From assembly GCA_964016885.1 (NCBI GenBank), contig OZ024756.1, forward strand, positions 23,622,001 to 23,686,000: DNA of 64,000 nucleotides, read 5' to 3'. Below the pieces are notes generated by a model, which was not told the origin of the DNA, ran no database searches, and saw only the letters and a program-made list of their open reading frames with translations. Position numbers and translations under genes: made by a program. Shown in pieces: positions 58,916-64,000 of the stretch (positions within the stretch are counted from its first letter, which is position 1; every line of letters begins with the position of its first letter). This DNA comes from Eledone cirrhosa (lineage: Eukaryota).

Positions 58916-59113
58916 CACACAGTAAGAACTAAAACCAAATTTGAGAAAAGATGAAAGGATAAGACGTGAGTGTGTTAGAATGGAACGTTAATTGATACCA
59001 ATTAGAATTAATTAGTTGATGAGAGCAAAAGGAAAAATATGTTTCTCTTCCAGACAGATGATTCCAGTCTAGACTGAAGGCCATAAATTGAATTATACTA
59101 AAGGAGACTAATG

Positions 59114-59601
59114 TATGAAGGTGGACTGAAATGTTCTTAGCCTGACTATGAAGGATTGATGCGAGAGCTGTGAAATCTTTCATGCATTAATTTCAACTCT
59201 TCTTATTAATAACTGCATTGTTTCTTTCCAGGGACTATGTTGAAGTATAAACCTCATTTGGTCATTCCATGAGAGTATCTTAGTCAGCCAATGAATGATT
59301 GATGCTAGAGCTGTGAAATCTTGCATGCATTAATTTCAACTCTTCTTATTAATGGCTGCATTGTTTCTTTTCAGGGACTGTGCTGAATTATAAACCCCAT
59401 TTGGTCATTCCATGGAAGTATCTTAGTCAGCCTATGAAGGATTGATGCTAGAGCTGTGAAATCTTGTATGCATTAATTTCAATTCCTCTTATTAATAGCT
59501 GCATTGCTTTTTTCCAGGAATTATGTTAAAGTATAAACCTCATTTTCTCATTCCATGAGAGTATCATAGTCAGTCTATGAAATTTACAGTCGACACTCGT
59601 A
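59114..59601. mobile_element. Same MITE family in the opposite orientation, with a ~145-bp interior triplicated
   Basis: TIR-like ends; gagctgtgaaatctt..gcattaatttcaa three times, complementary to 57015-57160. Confidence 0.75.
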
Positions 59602-59744
59602 AATTTTAATTTAAAGAGACACTAAAGGGACATTTTTAAAACATCAGTGCGACTTTCAAAATAGAAGAAGATGATGATGATGATGATGAAAGCTTCCATA
59701 ATCTAATCTTAAAATATTAGAATTGCAAGTAAAAATTTGATAAG

Positions 59745-59817
59745 CATCCCTGGTGGGATTCGAACCCACGGCCTCTGGATTAGAAGTCCAGCGCGCTATC
59801 CGCTGCGCTACAGGGAC
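59745..59817 (-). tRNA. tRNA-Arg-TCT: tRNA-Arg(TCT), intronless
   Basis: GTCCCTG/CAGGGAT acceptor stem, D arm GCGC/GCGC, anticodon arm CTGGA-CTTCTAA-TCCAG, GTTCGAATC T loop, T5 terminator ~10 nt downstream. Confidence 0.95.
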
Positions 59818-60049
59818 ATTACATTTTCGCTTTGTATTTTAAAGACTATCTTTTCTTCTTTTCATGTAATTTCTGCGAGACATGTCAGGGAAAGGTCAGT
59901 AATTATGGTTAAATGCAAGAAGATTAATTATGGCTTCTGATTTAATTACAGCTTCGAGGACCCTAGCAAACTCCTACTCTAAAAAACCCTAGGAGATCAA
60001 AAACTATGTGGACTGAGCTGCAATCAAAACTGGAACGATACATCGGTAG

Positions 60050-60785
60050 ATTATCTCAAGGCTGGAATGGTTCTCCGTCGATTTCGACGATGTGTGTTCT
60101 AGTTCTTCGATCAACGGAACAGCCAGCCCGTAAACTTAACACGTAAGTGGCTGAGTATTCCACAAACATGAGTAATTTGCAGAGAGATTCAGTGTGACAA
60201 AATGTGCGACAAAGCTGGCCTTGACTTACAGGTACAGTCCATTCCTCCGACGGACATCAAACCAGTTTTTGTCTACCTAATTTCACTAACAAGGCATAGG
60301 TCAACCAGAGGCTATAGCAAATGACATTTGCCCAAGATGTCAAGCAGTGAGATCGAACCCTGATCGAATATTCTGTTATATATCTCTACTCTATAATGCC
60401 AATTAGAAACTGTGATGAGGATTTTGATCCTATATTCAGACCAATTCACTTCATTTCTGCAGTTAATGTCCTTGAGAAGGGCATGAATATCCCTAATTCA
60501 TATTTCCCTACTCCAAACATATTGAATTTTTCCACCAAACATATGGTTAAAAACCCTCGTTGGTCATGAATGACGATGAAATTTGCACCTAAAAAGTTCT
60601 CCTCCGAGGCACAAGTCCGGGCAAGGTTGTGTGTGAAAGACCACCAGTCACCCACACAGTCGCCCCTCTCTATGCCACCGTTATTGTCCAAGAGTAAGGC
60701 AATGGCCGATACAGTTTGATACCAGTGACGTCGCAACCCATTTATACAGCTGAGTAAACTGGAGTAAAGTGAAATAAAGTGTCTG
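60050..60785. mobile_element. Old degenerate SINE-like fragments
   Basis: gatcaacggaacagcc..gtggctgag motif; reversed B-box gatcgaaccc; ctggagtaaagtgaaataaagtgtc (family 2 body). Confidence 0.5.
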
Positions 60786-61217
60786 TTGTATTCAGACCTG
60801 AAGAGGAGATAGGCTCTGCCAGGTTTTAGGATATGCCCTAGAAATGCCGTATGTTAACCTGGTGGCCCTACGACTCACTAGGGAGTTACAAGACCATATG
60901 CATGCGTGCATTTATTTTAGTAGAAAATATATGGAAACAGAAAAAATCACAGTTGATGGATCTCCATTCCTTGCCCCTACCACACCACACCACCTATCCT
61001 TCCTCTTTCCTGTTATGTTCCCCATTTCGTATTTTTCTTTTAAATTCTTTCAATAGACCAAAATTTAACCTTTTTTGTTACCGTATTTCTGCCTATGTGT
61101 ATCAATTAATATTGAATATTAAAAAAATTATACTAATAAAGTAACTAACCATTTCATTAGTAAGCTGATATTTCAAGTATTACTTAATAACAAAAATGAA
61201 ATAAACTTATGATGGAA

Positions 61218-61248
<31 letters not shown>

Positions 61249-61285
61249 GGGATAACAAATTATCGTTATAGGTAATCCATTTCTT

Positions 61286-61421
<136 letters not shown>

Positions 61422-61422
61422 T

Positions 61423-61617
61423 AACGAAGGAAATGTGGTAAGGAACCAGGTGGACCATAACGCACCAAAGTACTCAATACTTGAGGTAGTAGAGTGGGTA
61501 ATAGGAACCAGTAAGACCCCGACAGCTGAGCTCAAGCCGTTTCGACGGCTAATTCTGAATTAGTCCAGAATTAGCCGTCGAAACGGCTTGAGCTCAGCTG
61601 TCGGGGTCTTACTGGTT

Positions 61618-61622
<5 letters not shown>
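61423..61622 (-). mobile_element. Fold-back family A copy
   Basis: Near-identical to 7875-8079. Confidence 0.8.
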
Positions 61623-61671
<49 letters not shown>

Positions 61672-61709
61672 ATATATATATGATATATATATATGATATA
61701 TATATATAT

Positions 61710-61907
61710 AATATAGAAATGGCTTCTGCAGGACTAGAACTGTTTCATTCGGGAGAATTCATCAGGAAGTCCTGATGATTTCTCCCGAATGAAACAGTTC
61801 TAGTCCTGTAGAAGCTATTTCTATATTAAATATTTATACCCTGCTATGTGTATTGACTACCTTACTTACTGCTTACTGTGGTTACCCCCGATTGAACCCT
61901 GGATAAA

Positions 61908-61909
<2 letters not shown>
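61710..61909 (+). mobile_element. Fold-back family G with back-to-back hammerheads
   Basis: Arms 61710-61766 and 61771-61827; CTGATGA-tttc(tccc)gaat-GAAA-cag(ttctagtc)ctg-TA-gaag; ~80-bp tail; (TA)n flanks. Confidence 0.8.
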
Positions 61910-61973
<64 letters not shown>

Positions 61974-62435
61974 CATTTTAAAATGAGCAATTGTCTATTA
62001 TAAAACCTGGGCGGTTTCAGGTAGGTTGGTATCGAGAGGGTTCAGGCTACGAATAGAAGAACATTCCGAGTTATTTCCCTTACATTTGTTACTAAGAAAT
62101 ATTGAAAAATGTATAAAACTTCGTTTACGATGGCTAATGAAATATATATTTGATATTTTTATCATTCGTAATTCAATTTTCAGAATTGAATATATTTAGA
62201 TAAATTCTTGGTATGATAAACCTTTGTGAAATTCTTTCGATCAAAATTTATCACATTGTATCACATTGGTTTTCTTGTTATTTTCATTGGTCGGTTTTCT
62301 CCCTTGGAAAATGTTTAAGAAGGAAAAAGGAATTAATTCTAAAAGTAACTAATTTAAAAGTCATTTTAAAAAGTATAAATTTAAACAACAGTCAGCATGA
62401 AATTTTCTTTGAAGTTAGGATAAACTAGAGAGACG

Positions 62436-62507
<72 letters not shown>

Positions 62508-63249
62508 AGACAGACAGTGACAGACCCAGACAGAGAGAGAGAGACAGACAGACAGAGAAAGAGGGGGAGAGAGATAGACAGACAGATACAACGAGACAGA
62601 CAGAGACAGACCCAGACAGAAAAAGAGAGACACCGAGACAGAGACAGAGAGAGAGAGAGACAGACAGACAGAGACAGACCCAGAGTGACAGAGAGAGACA
62701 GCGAGTCAGAGAGAGAGGGGGGAGAGAGAGTTTAAAGTAGTAAGGGAGTCTAGATGAACTAGAGAAAGAGGAGGAGAGGGAAAGAGAGAGAGACAGAGAG
62801 AGACAGAGAGAGTCAGAGACAGAGACAGAGAGAAAGAGACAAAGAGACAGACAGAGAGAGAGAATGAGAGAGAGACAAACATACAGAGATAGAGAGACAG
62901 ACGGAGTAGTTTGATGTAGTAGGGGAGTCTAGATAGACTAATTGTGATGGGGAAGGGGGAGAGAGAGACTGAGAGATAGAGGGGGGAGAGACAAAGAGAG
63001 GCAGAGACAGAGAGAGAGTAAGTGATGAATGTCAAAAATGAGCAAGTGAATGCTTGATGGTGGTATAAGGTCGTTTGTTTTTTTTTGTTTTGTTTTTTTG
63101 TTTGTTTTTTTTTGTTGTTGTTTTTTTTGTTTGTTTGTTTTTGTGTTTTTTTAATGAAAATATTCAGCCTTGTGAGATATGATTTACTGATCAATTGCTG
63201 CTTGGCTCACAGGTACGTCTATCTTACATTTATTGCAGCTATCTGTAAT

Positions 63250-63780
63250 TAGCCTAACATCGCATAAAACAATATTGTCGGATGTGCATCTGATGGAACG
63301 CTTGCTATGGTAGGTAGATACAGAGGTTTCTCTTCTCTCTTAAAACATGAACTTTCGCATCCTCTTTTAACAGTTCACTGTGTGATTCACCAGCAGCATT
63401 TATATCGACGGAAGGCTTAGTGATGTACTGCAGTTAGTTATTAAAACTGTGAACAAGCTAAAATCGAAATCTTTTGTCTGAATGAATTTTCCGTCAACTC
63501 TGTCTTGATAATGACGATGACTATGTGAGGGTGTTGTACCATACTGAAGTATATTGGTTGTTAAAAGGCAACTGTGTTGTCTATTTTGTCGAACTGTTTG
63601 ATGCAATAATATTTTTTCTGTCAAAACACTCTCCTATCCACTTCTCTGGTTGTTCCAAAATGTGATAATTTTTCCTTAGTGACATATTCGCTAACCCTAA
63701 CCATAAAACTAACCTTGAACATGAAACTAAATTATATCCTTTATAATTAGATTTAATAAAATACAACTTTAAATAGTCAA
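63250..63780 (+). pseudogene. hAT (Charlie/Buster-like) transposase remnant
   Basis: NIVGCASDGTLAMVGRYRGF..VHCVIHQQHL..VIKTVNKLK..FRQLC..LYHTEVYWLLKGNC. Confidence 0.85.
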
Positions 63781-64000
63781 ATTTGCTTTCGTTTCTTTCT
63801 TAATAAGAGCGGTAGCAGCCGCAGAAATCAGCGTTATTTGTTACCTCCCTTAGGTATATTTACTACATTATAAAAAAAAGTCAGTTTACGAACCAGTAAC
63901 AAATTTTTACCATTTTTGGTATGGTTTTGAATATGTACTATACAGGTGGGCGGTAGAAAAAGATTGGGAACCCCTATTATTGGAAGTGCTCAAATTACAC

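Noticed and set aside
60795-60850. CTGAAGA...GAAA possible hammerhead
   Set aside because: Stems I and III do not pair

Overview
Eukaryotic, AT-rich, microsatellite-saturated genomic DNA; the SINE families look like those of octopus/coleoid cephalopods (recognition only). There is a 200-N gap at 48487-48686. Nearly all listed ORFs are simple-repeat artefacts. Host genes: the last coding exon of an LRRCT-transmembrane protein (52244-52544), an intronless tRNA-Arg(TCT) (59745-59817, minus) and a possible unrelated terminal exon (638-758). The rest is tRNA-derived SINEs, fragments of R4/Dong, RTE, L1/Tx1-like, mariner/Tc1 and hAT elements, and several minisatellites. The main signal is about 15 short inserts in or beside (TA)n tracts, mostly fold-back palindromes, from about 8 sequence families. 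Most carry hammerhead-ribozyme motifs (canonical CUGANGA/GAAA or the U3-A8 variant). One family is tied directly to a deleted Penelope-like RT + GIY-YIG element (53402-54540). Related observations: a 485-bp retrozyme-like unit, a hairpin loop filled with DNA matching a copy 1 kb away, inverted flank duplications, and a tRNA-SINE with the same fold-back/(TA)n signature.
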